A stretch of DNA of 64,000 nucleotides from Azolla caroliniana (taxonomy: Eukaryota; Plantae; Polypodiophyta): the NCBI GenBank assembly GCA_043228905.1, contig JBHGNT010000004.1, positions 18,786,001 to 18,850,000 of the forward strand, given 5' to 3'. The stretch's first letter is position 1. The number at the start of each line of letters is the position of its first letter. The notes below the pieces were generated by a model, which ran no database searches, was not told the origin of the DNA, and saw only the letters and a program-made list of their open reading frames with translations. A program made the position numbers and the translations under genes. Positions 48,753 to 60,715 of this stretch are shown in pieces.

Positions 48753-50224
48753 AGAGGCCATAGCGGTGCGTAAATTGGGAGGCCGTTGGATAGATATTCC
48801 GTAGAGGAATAAATTTTGGGAGTTATTGTAGAGGCTCATTGATGAGCATTGAAGTACGTGTCAGTACTCCTGTCAGTCTGTATGGACTTGTATAAAAGAG
48901 CTCTCTGAGCACATCCTGTGTACAGAGTTTTAGAGTATTGTTTTGGAATTGAGTTTTTTGTGTTCTGCTCTCTCTGTCTCTCCCGCGTACGCTATGTTGA
49001 TTAAGCTTTCCATTAAACCTTCCTCATCTTCTTTGTCTTTTGTCTTTTGTTACCCGGTTATGTCTGTTAAGCTTCCGCACGTTGTCATGAAGATCAGTCA
49101 CTTGTGCGGATCGCGAGGCGGAACCACCGGGGTGCTAGACCAGAAGGATTCGAAGTTTGCACTAGCTTTAGCGAGAAAGGTTTTTAAGATTGAGAGAGAT
49201 TGAGATTAATATGAGATTTAAACGCTTGACTTTAGGTTGAGAGAGATTGATATGGCGAGAGAGAGATAGAGAGTGGGAGAGATAAGATTGAACTTTTAAC
49301 TTTAGATTTGAGAGACAAGATATATCATCAATTGGATGACGAATTTTCTTCTTAATAAATTCTCGAATAATACATTCCCCTTTTATCTTTTTCATCCACT
49401 CTTTTATAGATGCCCCCATGCATATGATGCATGTGGGGGTACAAGACATGCATAAAATGCATGATGCATGTTTGCCATTTGGCCCTCATGTGTTACATGT
49501 AATGCATGATAACCATGTCACTCATTTAAGGTCTCATATGAGAATTTTCAAGTAAAAATATAATGATAAAAATATAACTTTAAGGAAATGACTTGGCTTA
49601 GTGATAAATATATTGTTTTCTATCTTGGAGGTGCAAGGTTCAAGTCTTGCTTACATCCCTTTAAAGCACAAAATACTACTAGGCTTTTGGACCAAATATC
49701 TTTAAGACACCATGCTTGGTCCGCATCTCAAGGTCGTCGGATGCCGTCTCGTCGTCTCCGTCCAAAACTAATGGACTTGGCTACATCTTTTCATCAAGTC
49801 ATTCAACTCAACCTTTCTATGTTTCACACATAGACACAAAAGTAATAGCTTTTGCTCTGCTTTATATATGGTCACTTCCTTATTTGTCCTGTTTATATGG
49901 GATATCTCACAGTTTTATTTTTCTCTTTGCTAACTTCATACCCACATAACTTGACACTTAAATGGTCGTTTCTTATGTAGTAAAGTGCATTCGAAAGCTC
50001 TTGAAGACCTCCATCTTTTTGTACTAAGATTTTAAAGTTATTTAAATTTAGTATCTTCACTATTATATTTTTTTTATGCGATTCACACTCGATTTCGTAT
50101 GTTTTATGCGATTTTCACACCATTGCCGAAAATCTTCACGACAACGTATTCTTTTACATGTGTGTTTGTCTGTCTTGTGATTCTCTCACATACTCTGTCT
50201 CCTCTCTGTCTTGTGATCCTGACA
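48753..50224 (+). mobile_element. Probable LTR remnant hosting the solo LTR
   Basis: TATAAAAG box at ~48890, pyrimidine-rich downstream region, ends ...CCTGACA. 5' end not seen. Confidence 0.4.
49083..50143. mobile_element. Solo LTR (1061 bp) related to the 43049-47057 gypsy; 4-bp TSD ACGT
   Basis: Termini TGTCATGAAGA...TCTTCACGACA. ACGT at 49079-49082 and 50144-50147. Shares GAGGCGG(A/G)ACCACCGGGGT near its start and the TCTTCACGACA end with the other element's LTR. Confidence 0.85.
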
Positions 50225-52130
50225 TCAGGACAATGATGAACATTATTTCCTTCGAAATGTGGGTCATGTTAAACTTCCTGCACCTTCAACAATATGATGA
50301 TATTATTCCAAAAGGATTCAATGGCATTACAACGTATTTCCCAAGGTCATTTTTGTCTCTCGTAGAAATGACATGACTAAACCTTGATCCACGTTAGAGT
50401 AATACCCCGTTGAGAAAATTGGTGCTAAGAGAGAAAATGCACATTGAGAATGCTCATGCCATTTAGTTCCCCATTGAGAATAAGTACTTGAGACTTTGGA
50501 AGGAAACACTGAGGGAAACCATGAATATCATCAAACTCATGTGTTGAGCTCACACTTAGGGAAAGAACATAAGCAACCAAGCTAGGAAAAAACACCAAGA
50601 TTGCAACGGGTACTAGAGAAAGACTAAAGTACTACACCTCTACTAAATTCTACCTAAAAGGAAACATGTCACTCTCCCTATAAGGAAACAAGGTCAATGA
50701 TGGATGGCGAAAGATTACCTAACACCACACTGCACTCCAAGCAAGGATCAACATTCTCCATATAGGTCTGTTTGCCCACATCACCATCATGTCAAGATGT
50801 TCGCATGCAAGCACTTACGAGCCCTTGCACTCACAATAAGACAAAGGTTATTTCAAATGGGTTTGCAGGTGCATGCGATACTTTCAACTCTAAGTATTTT
50901 AAAAAACATGGCAATTTACATGTACTCTTTTAAAAGTTGACCAAGAAATGGTCAAGGTAAGTCAATTCACCACCATATACTACATCAAGCGGTAGCACCC
51001 CTTGTTTGTCTTCTAGTACCCATTTTACCAAATTTTGGTAGTTGTGTAAACATAGTGGTTTCTATTGTATTTCAATTTTCATCCCTCTTAAGAGTGAGTT
51101 CCCATGGTGTTTTTCTTATTTCTTTTTATACATTTATATACATTCATATTCCATTGTCCCTTCACCTTGCTTCATTATCTATCTCAAACCTTGTTTTTAT
51201 TCTATTCCTTATTCCATCATCTTTTTTGTTGTTATTGTTGTCATTGTCATGCATGTTCAATCACTTTCTTTCCCTTTCTCTACCTTGGGATCATGTTTCT
51301 ACCCTTTCTCATTCTTATGTCCTTCGTTATATTTCTCATCTTGCTCTCTTCTACCTTCTCTCCATCTCTTTTGCACATCACCTACAACAAATCATTTTCT
51401 TGCCCCTCCAAACCTTCTTTATCTTCATCTTTGTTGCACAAACTCACCTCAAAACCTTCACGAACACACACTTTTTCTCGAAGGCTTCAAGATCCCCGAA
51501 TTCAAATTAAATGAAGGACTTTACAGGACCATTTTCGACAGCTTTTACGCAAAGGAATCACATAACAGAATAATGTGAAGGCATTCTGCTTCGAAGCCAT
51601 TCAACAAAGTCATTTCACATTATGCTTTTACACAAGCCATTCCACAAATCCATTCCTTCAACAAAATCTACCATGTTTTTACTTACATGACGTAATTACG
51701 CAAAGACATTCTACGAAGAGTTTTCATAACAAGATTGCGTAAGAGTTTTTGTCGTGATAATACACAATTGTTTGGATGGGTAAACAAAGGAAGTACAACT
51801 GATGAAGATAAAGTTTAAACTATAGTAAGGTGAACCAAAAATTCCGAGAAGAATTACAGGTAGCATTTAAATAGAACCGAGATCATTCGATTTCAACGGG
51901 ACTTCTTCCGCGAGGTACCAAGGTTTGGGATGGGCATGCTACAAGCTTCGTAAGGGTGTAACATAGAAAATCATAAATTTATGGGGTTCATATGCCCAAC
52001 ACAAATTTTCCAAAACATGGTGGGTCTTTTATTTAAGTGGGAGCACGACAAGCTGTACACGTTGAGATGTTGTGACAACATGTCCTCTGTATTTCCTTAT
52101 CCAGGGAATACACATGTGGATACTACCAAT

Positions 52131-53492
52131 TTATGTGGGGCATGCCGGGAGCGGAGTGCCGCAAAGCCCAGGATTGCCTTGGTAAGAAGAGACGTCAAAC
52201 GTCGTGAATGGCACGATTTGCGGGATTTTGCCGGAGAGGTGGTTGTATGACACGTTGAAGCCCACAAGGGAGGTCAAGTTAGAGAAGGTGGACGGGATCG
52301 ATCCCTTGAGCTTGTTTCGGTCGAGGCCCAGGAATCTGAGAGAAGTGAGATTGGCGAAGGAAGATGGGATTTGTCCGGAGAAGCGATTGTTGCTGAGGTC
52401 GAGGCCCTCAATGTAGTCGGGCAGAAGGGATCCAATGTTGGGGGGGATGGAACCCTTGAGTGCATTGTTTGCAAGGCTGATGCCAGGTGTCACCTCGTCG
52501 GAGAGAAGTAGGGTGTTGGCTCTCGGGAAACCGCGAGCAAGCCATTGCCCCAAGCCGGAGCCGGAGAGGCCACAATTGTCAAGCACTACTTCCACGAGTT
52601 GTGGCGCGGTGAGGAGGCCGGCCACATTCCCAAGCCTGCGGATGGGATTGTTCTTGAGGACGACCCATTGTAACCTCTTGAGGTTGGACAGGTCGGCCGG
52701 AAGGCCGGTGATCCGGTTGTTCTCGAGGAAAAGGTAAAGCAGGGAGACGAGGCCGCCGGCCGCATTGAAGGAGTCCGGTATCCGTCCCGACAACCTGTTA
52801 TTCGCGAGATCGGCATTGTAGAGGTTTGAGAGGCGGCCGAAAGAGTGCGGGATAGCACCCTTAATCTTGTTGTCGTATATGCGAAGGTGTAGGAGGCTCT
52901 TCATGTTACCGATGGATGAAGGGAGCGATCCGGAGAGGGAATTGGAGGAGACATCGAACAACTGGACGCTGGTGAGGCCTCCGAAGGATTCCGGGATGGA
53001 ACCCGAGAATCGACCCGACGAGGAGAGGCACAGCATTATGAGGTTGGAGAGGTTTCCTAGGGAGGGAGGGAGATGTCCGGTGAACGAATTGCTGTAGAGC
53101 TTGAGGAGCTGAAGGGAGGAGAGAGAGCCTAGGGACGAGGAGATGCGGCCTTTGAGGGATGAACCGGCGAGATTTAGGCTCACTACGCGGCCGGTGATGC
53201 CATCACAAGTCACGCCGTTCCATGAGCAACAATCGGATTGATTTTCCGACCATGATGCGAGGGCATGATTGGGATCCCTCCTGATTGCAGCCTTGAATCG
53301 AAGCAATGCTTGGCGGTCCGAGGCAAAGCACACGGTGGCATCGGTGACCGGCGCCACTCCGATGAGGTTTTCGTCGTCATCGGCACCACAATCGAGGGGA
53401 TCGGTATCACACATGCCGACATTTGGGCATAGTGTGAACATGCCCATGAGTACTAGCAGTAGTAGGAGCATTGGCCTCAATAGCTTTGCCAT
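52131..53492 (-). CDS. Secreted extracellular LRR protein (PGIP/DRT100-like), 453 aa, single exon
   Basis: Signal peptide MAKLLRPMLLLLLVLMGMF; N-cap C..SDRQALLRFK...DCCSWNGVTCD; plant LxxLxLxxNxLxGxIP repeats; C-cap YQGNPGLCGTPLPAC. No TM or kinase domain. Confidence 0.93.
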   Translation of the reverse strand: MAKLLRPMLLLLLVLMGMFTLCPNVGMCDTDPLDCGADDDENLIGVAPVTDATVCFASDRQALLRFKAAIRRDPNHALASWSENQSDCCSWNGVTCDGITGRVVSLNLAGSSLKGRISSSLGSLSSLQLLKLYSNSFTGHLPPSLGNLSNLIMLCLSSSGRFSGSIPESFGGLTSVQLFDVSSNSLSGSLPSSIGNMKSLLHLRIYDNKIKGAIPHSFGRLSNLYNADLANNRLSGRIPDSFNAAGGLVSLLYLFLENNRITGLPADLSNLKRLQWVVLKNNPIRRLGNVAGLLTAPQLVEVVLDNCGLSGSGLGQWLARGFPRANTLLLSDEVTPGISLANNALKGSIPPNIGSLLPDYIEGLDLSNNRFSGQIPSSFANLTSLRFLGLDRNKLKGSIPSTFSNLTSLVGFNVSYNHLSGKIPQIVPFTTFDVSSYQGNPGLCGTPLPACPT

Positions 53493-53612
53493 ATTGCTTC
53501 CGGTCACAATGTTAGGTGTTTGTCAATGGGTAAAAGTTAAAACTTGTGCCACAACCTTCCTTCACTTTTATACAAAAGTCTTATGGTGGCCCATCCTAGA
53601 TATCTATAACGT

Positions 53613-53643
<31 letters not shown>

Positions 53644-55133
53644 TAGATCAAAAGTGGTCTCATCATGGACGGTAAAATATCTATTTTATCTATTCTGTAT
53701 GTATTGGTTTCAACTCTCTAGCAATATGTGTATGGCTCAATCTAGATCTCTCATCTCGATTCTCTATATCATTTGATTTGTCGCGTGTCATACCTAGCTA
53801 CACCTTTCTTATCTTTATATTTGTCAACGTTTTTCGATTCCATTTAAACAATGCTTATCTTCCACCATAAAGTATTATTATAATATGAATATGATATGAA
53901 TATGACTTGGGATTGCTTAATGGTTTCAAAATGGCCATTAACTTGTCATGATCTCTCTTGCTCTTATATCTTGATTTCATTCATAGCATGTGAGACTTGA
54001 CCTTTTGGAATTTTTTCTTTGTAATATAACTCTAGGAGTGGGGAAATATTGAAATATTGCATTTTTCTCAAGAGACTCTCGAGAAAGGGTGTGGATTATC
54101 TCACACGATGGCCACTAGCGATTAAGTGGGTCTCCTCAACTCCAAAGTTATTGCATTACAAATCATACATATCAAGGTAGGAAACTTAACCCATAGATCT
54201 TTGAAATTTTCTAATGTGTCTTTTGGAGCTTCGAGGCACGTTATATAAGGAAACATGGAAAGACATTAGAACATGTGTATTCATAAATATACCCATAATA
54301 ATCGCAATCATATTGTATTGATGCAAAACTAATTTTCTCGTAGTGGGCATTCTCTACTGCGTAATAAGGCCATTGTGCGGTAGGATTCTCTTTTTCGAAG
54401 TTTTATGTATTTTTTCTTTTTTATCACATGTATAAATGCCACTCTTTTGCACTTGACAACCGGGACCATCTATGCTACGCCTTCTCCCCACCATACTGAT
54501 AATACATCTAAGAGTTCTATCAATTTTGATGCTAACATGTTCAAATTTTAGTAGTACTTCCAAGAATTTTAATACAACAATTTCACACATGTCAAATGCG
54601 CTTTTAGGGCTTCCTTCACTTTAACGTTGATGGTGTGCACTAGGCATATGTCTACTACATGCATCTAGTCAAGGTTTAACTAATCTACATCTGTCTCTCC
54701 AAAATATCCTAGCTAAAATCATCCATGTTCCCATTAAATTGGTTACATTCATTTTGTGGTTTCTCTTGCATAAGAGAACTCACATTTTATGTATTTGCTT
54801 CCTTTCGGACAGAGTGTTCTAAATTCTTTTGGATCTTACTCATTCAAGGGCTCCTTCAACTTGTTATCTTCATTTTTTTAAACATTCTTTACTATCACTA
54901 TCGAACGAATTATTACAAGGAATTTTACAGCTTTATGAACAAAGGAGAGGGGAGGAGAAATAGAGAGAGAATCTAGATGGATATAGCTCACACTCTAAGG
55001 TTGTCCATTGGGGACCAAAAAGTTAGGCACTCAACCCCTACATTCCGTAGTGACATCTCGCAAACTAGTGTAGTTGGCAAGATTGAACCCAAGCGCATGG
55101 GATTGTACCAATGAGGTCAGTGATTGGGGATCC

Positions 55134-55268
55134 TCAAATGAGGTTTTCGTCGTCAGTGGCACCACAATCGAGGGGATCATTATAGTATAAGGCAGCATTT
55201 GTACATAGTATGAACATGACCATGAGTACTAGATCTAGTAAGAGCAGTGGCTTTAATAGCGTTGACAT
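55134..55268 (-). pseudogene. Third LRR paralogue; only the 5' fragment remains
   Basis: Translates MSTLLKPLLLLDLVLMVMFILCTNAALYYNDPLDCGATDDENLI*, versus MAKLLRPMLLLLLVLMGMFTLCPNVGMCDTDPLDCGADDDENLI in the intact gene. Confidence 0.88.
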
Positions 55269-55419
55269 ATTGTTTGAGTCACAACATGTGTTTGTCATTT
55301 CTTATATTGAAGTCTTTAGGTTGCCCATCCTATCTCTCTATAAAAGAATATGAGAAAACAAACATAAAGATGGAATATTTGTATTTTGCAATGATGACAA
55401 CTCCATCCTCTAGTCGACA

Positions 55420-56510
55420 ATGGTTGGATGCCCTTCTCCCTAATAAGTACTTGGATATCAAAGATGCCTCCAAAAAGGGGGAAACTAAGTACTCTCCTAG
55501 AGCATCATCCTTATAATTGTCCCATCAATTTACAACTAGGGAAAAAACCGTCATGGATGTCAATCTATAATCTATCACCTTCTAAGCTCAAGCCCCTTTA
55601 AGAGTATATAGAAGTGCACTTGGAAAATGGATTCATTTGACATCCTAAAAACCTTGCATGTGCACCCGTCTTCTTTGTCAAGAAGAAAGATGAATCTCTA
55701 CAACTAGTCATGGACAATCAAGGTTTGAGCAAAATCACAGATCCAAATAGGTATGCCCTACCTTTGATATTCAGTATCTTGAATCGCTTTGGTGGAGCCA
55801 AATTTTTCATGAAGCTAAGCCTTTGAGGTGCCTATAACCTTCTTCCGATACATCCAAGTGATGAATAGAAGAAGGCATTTCCACACTCAATATGGACACT
55901 TTGAGTACATGGTTATGTCTTTCAATCTCACGAATGCATCCGCAATTTTATTAAAAACCTGGTGAATGATATTTTCCAAGACTTATTGGATATATTCACC
56001 TTATTATATCTTCATGACATCTTGATCTACCCCAAGACTCAAGAGGAGCATGACAAGCACATCTGTCAAGTCCTCCAACGCTTGGTGGAATATGGGTTTT
56101 ATGCCAAACTCAAGAAATGTAGCTTTGATCGTAAAAAGGAATAGAGAGAGAATTTTTGGGGAATATGGTTTCCCAACAAAGGAATATCTATGGATCCATC
56201 CAAGATTTAGACGATTTTTGGTTGGCAAATACTGCGTTCAATGCACAATGTTAAGTGTTTCTAGGGATTTGAGAATTTTTACCACAATTTTATCAAGAAT
56301 TATTCAAATATCTGAGATGCATCTTACAAAGCTTACACAAAAGGACAAATCATTCACCCAGATTCCTAGTGCAATTGAAGTTTTTGATAACCTTAATTGA
56401 GCATATACTTATGCTCCTATTCTACTTCATGGGAACCTAGAAAAGCCCTTCATCATCAAGGCAAATGCATTTGATTTTACACTGGGAAGTATTTTGTCAG
56501 AGATTGGATC
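55420..56510 (+). mobile_element. Highly degenerate Tf2-like gypsy RT/RNase H remnant
   Basis: LENGFI, APVFFVKKKD, YGHFEYMVM.F.LTNA, YLHDILIY, YAKLKKCSF. Many stops. Confidence 0.85.
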
Positions 56511-56556
56511 ATAATGTTCATCATTCCATTCATTCGTCCGCTTAATCTCCTATGGT

Positions 56557-57420
56557 CTAAACTAGCACAACCTCTCCCTTACCAATTGGGCCATAATGGA
56601 ACATGTCATGGTAAAATGCAGCCATTATTGTTTGGGGTACTCCACCAAACCCTAATCGCTCCTCGTCCTTATACCCTCCCTTAATGAGAGGAGAACTTTG
56701 ATAGATCGAGAATGTAGGCAGCCACCTCTTTGATGTCTCCTTTACCAATTTTAGTACCTTTCTTCAATCCTTCCATCCACATAAATGGATTTGAGTTAGT
56801 ATTGTATCCTTTTGGGTTGTCTACACACATGGGGTCCTCATCCATGGGCTTAAAAACAGCTACATCATGCAATCCATCCTCATCTTTCATGAAGTAGGCG
56901 CCTCCATAGCGGTCTATAGGCAACTCCGGAAAATAACCAGCATCAAGTCCCCTCGTTACAAGCTCTAATGTGCCTTGGAAATGATCCTGTCTAACTATGT
57001 CCGGCATCGGATGTATGGGAAATTCGACAACATCTAATGGAATTCTATCATGAGTATGACAATGAGCACGTTGGATTGCCTTAAGAGGAACATCCCACAT
57101 TGCTACTATTTCCCTTTGGATGGAAGGAAAGAAGAAGCCACATGAAGCTCCTTGTGATCTCGCTTTTCATCATCGATGATGTTAGGTCGATGAGAGGTAC
57201 CACAAATGACTCTATTGGTAGTGGTGGTGGTGGTAATAGAAGTAATGCAACCTTCAAGGCATGGCAAGTCTTTGGTGTAGTCTACTATAGAGTCCATTCT
57301 TTGTTGTTGGGATGGCACACTAGAGAAAGAGGAATGCATGTGGAAGAGGAGGCTCCTTGAAGCTGCAATAGCTGAGGGCCAAGACTAGTTAGGGTAGGAC
57401 CATGGAAATACACCTAAAGC
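56557..57420 (-). pseudogene. Type II phosphatidylinositol 4-kinase gamma fragment (N-lobe only)
   Basis: GGAYFM...VAVFKPMDEDP...NPKG...GLKKGT..G....EVAAYILD, frameshift, then GFGGVPQT. Ends against the gypsy remnant. Confidence 0.85.
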
Positions 57421-57908
57421 ATCTCCAATAAGAGAAGAACACACACATATATGTGTATGTATGCATGGATTAAAAGTATTTTCTAGGCAGACAGAAGTGT
57501 GTGGAGGTGGATGATGGTGCTAAGGTTTTGAATGTTGTGAAGGACACTTTTTGTTTTGCTGTCTTGGTGGCCAAGCCTAAGAAATTCATAAGAATAAACA
57601 CATTAAGCCAAAATGCTTGGAATAAAAGTGTTTGTTGCTGGGACAAGACTAGTTAGGGTAGGACCATGGAAATACACCTAAAGCATCTCCAATAAGAGAA
57701 GAACACACACATATATGTGTATGTATGCATGGATTAAAAGTATTTTCTAGGCAGACAGAAGTGTGTGGAGGTGGATGATGGTGCTAAGGTTTTGAATGTT
57801 GTGAAGGACACTTTTTGTTTTGCTGTCTTGGTGGCCAAGCCTAAGAAATTCATAAGAATAAACACATTAAGCCAAAATGCTTGGAATAAAAGTGTTTGTT
57901 GCTGGGAC
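57381..57908. repeat. Apparently perfect tandem duplication, 2 x 264 bp
   Basis: 57381-57644 equals 57645-57908 (AAGACTAGTTAGGG...TTGCTGGGAC). Confidence 0.93.
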
Positions 57909-59865
57909 TTGACGCTGAGTCTCTCAGTGAGAACCGAGGATAGAGAACCCGAGTATCCTGACCAGCTAGACTACAAGAGATGGCTTGAGTAATAGCTTTT
58001 TGAATTATTATTTAAATGATACATTTAATCTGAAACCTAGATTTGTCAAGACAATACCATTGTCTAATGGTTGTCTAACAATTTCCTGAGGATTTGTGTA
58101 TGAAAATCAAGACTGATGGTTGCCAGTGACAACGGATAGAGATTGTTCACCAAATTTCTCGAGCTTTCTTGTTGAACATACTTTCTCCAAAATTGTCTTT
58201 CATATCAAATTTCCTTGCCATTTTCTCATGGAAATGTTGTTTTTCTTGTAAAATGTGATTTATAAAGCCATAAATATATGAACAATCTATGACTGTGTAG
58301 TAAAAAATATAGATTTTTTTCGATGAACATTCCATCCTCGCGCCTTGAACCCAAAACTTTTATGGTTCGTTAAATCCCTCAACCGAGGGGAGTCTTTTGT
58401 GGATTTTGCAGCTGTGTGAACACATTGGCACTAAATAATAAAAGCATGCTACTTACTAAGCATGTCATCGTATAAACACATCGGCAAGATGTATGCATGG
58501 GAAAAGCTATGTAAAACTGAAGTTAACCAATATGATGAGATCCATGACAAACTTTTGGATCAAAGAAAGTGTTAATCATCCTCATCATACAATCTTGTTG
58601 TTCCCTTGTATCACTTGAAACCAAATACAAGCCTACATGGCATGGAAGCTATGCGAATTATTAGGCCCTATATGCTTAGAACCCCCTCAACCACAGTGCC
58701 ATGAATGTTGTATATGAGGGGATTGTAAAGTTGATAGTGTTAGAAAACACATTAAGTGCACTATTGCAAATGCCCCTCATTAGATGTAAGCTTGATGAGG
58801 ATAAATTTTTGGCAAACAAGATGAATTGCATTGAATCAAACTATCATTGATCCCCACAACCTCTAATCTAATATGCTAATTGTTCGCATTATGTCTAACA
58901 AACCAAAAGGTTGAGACTTGGTTAGGATCTCTATTTAGAATTTATGATTATCAAATATCTTAGACCTAGTGCTATGATGTCTTTAGTATACACTGAGCAC
59001 TGCAAAATCATATAACCCACTGATCATTCAAAATGCAATTCAATAGATACACATTCTTATGAACACTATATTGAAGCAAACTATCATTAATATGCTAATT
59101 GTCTGAATCATGCAATCTTGCATTTCATCCTGCAGTTAAAGGTTGCAACTTAATTAGGATCTCAATTTACAATTTATGGTCATCAAAATCTCTAAATCCT
59201 GGCACTACGATATGTCTAATATATACTGAACACTACAAAATCATTTAACCCACTGCAAGATACACACTTATCTTCGATATAAACAAGGCACGTGATAATA
59301 GCAATTAAATGTATCTAAACAAATAAATCGATATGAATGAAGGCCATATTTCAGGAAAAATGCCGTAAGCAGCAATTGGCTTACCAATAACGGCTACAGT
59401 ATAGTTGGGACTTCAAAAACTAAATATACAAGAAACTGTCTATGGGGTAGGGTTGGTGCTCATAATGAACGCTTTGTTAAGATGAAACAAATAAAAATTA
59501 TGGATTTGAAGGACAAATCAAGAGTACAATTATCAGAGCTTACAACATTCATAAAGCTGGTGCATTCATCTGCTACAACACAAGGACAACCATAATAAGG
59601 ATTTAAAACAAAACCAACTGCCAAGAGAATTTTAAACCATTTCTCACAAGAATTCAAAACAAAAGAGACCGACAAAACAGTTCAAACCATTCCAAATACT
59701 GAAACAAAATATTCCGAATTGAGAACTCTTGATCGTCATACATCTAACACAGAAGTTTCCAAGCCATCTCTTGAGAATACAAAAATTCATTTTTGCTTAT
59801 GTCATGAGCAATTCATGGACTCTTTCTTTCATTTCCTAGAAAATGAGTACAACTATTGAGTTGGT

Positions 59866-60061
59866 CTACTCAGTGGGCATAGTCCTGATAATATTGGAAT
59901 CACCTGAGATGAAAAAAACCACAGAACAATAAGAAAGTTGTGTACACAAAATTCAAAACAAAAAATGAATTGTAGATGAGGTTGCATCTCACAAGGATCA
60001 GTGATACTCAAGCAGCATACTTTATAATACTTTCCACATGCTGTACCAAGATCAACATTGT
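59866..60061 (-). pseudogene. RPL30: Last two exons of 60S ribosomal protein L30 (eL30), probably non-functional
   Basis: Exon 60061-59993 ([22 protein letters not shown]), GT..AG intron, exon 59903-59866 ([11 protein letters not shown]). The upstream acceptor reads CAA rather than CAG, and the conserved DPGD reads DPCD. Confidence 0.85.
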
Positions 60062-60715
60062 TTGAAAACAGATGCAATATCCATACATTAGAATTCGCAT
60101 CAGTTTAAACAAAATATAGTACTTCTTACGAATGTTTCATAAACTAAAGACTTTAATGCCAATTATTTAAGAATCATTTCTACGAAAGTATACTTGAATA
60201 CAACATTGAAGAACTTCCAGTAAAACATTTGAATTCAGTTTTATGCTCTCTTGAGCCTTTTTCTGCAATGATGAACATGGGTTTCAGATATACACATTCA
60301 CGAACCATGGGTTCAGTGGATGGCTTTACACTATCTTTTCCATAGACAAAAGTAATTTCTTACTAAACAAACTCACAGCTTTTCAAACCCTCCAGTGGGT
60401 GGACGAACATTTTTTATCGTAAAGAGCACTCATGGATACTCTATAAGCTCATATATTATCACTACTCTATGATCCAACTGCAAGCTTGTGACTAAGCATT
60501 TGCATATCTCAGATTGTCAATCTTTAAGTAAGAGAGAAATTGAAAATTTGATGCGATCATTATGGAAAGCACGCCCTGTCTTGTACATACATCAGATTTG
60601 ATCAATATTACAAGAGGACTCCACAAGTATCTGCACTATTATTGTCACAACAATCCAATAAGGAGCAACTTCTATTTGAATTTAAGGAAATAAAGATCGT
60701 TCATCATTCCTGAAT

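Noticed and set aside
51042-51578. Three overlapping hydrophobic ORFs
   Set aside because: Pyrimidine-rich low-complexity DNA open in all three frames; no domain. The same applies to 62927-63590.
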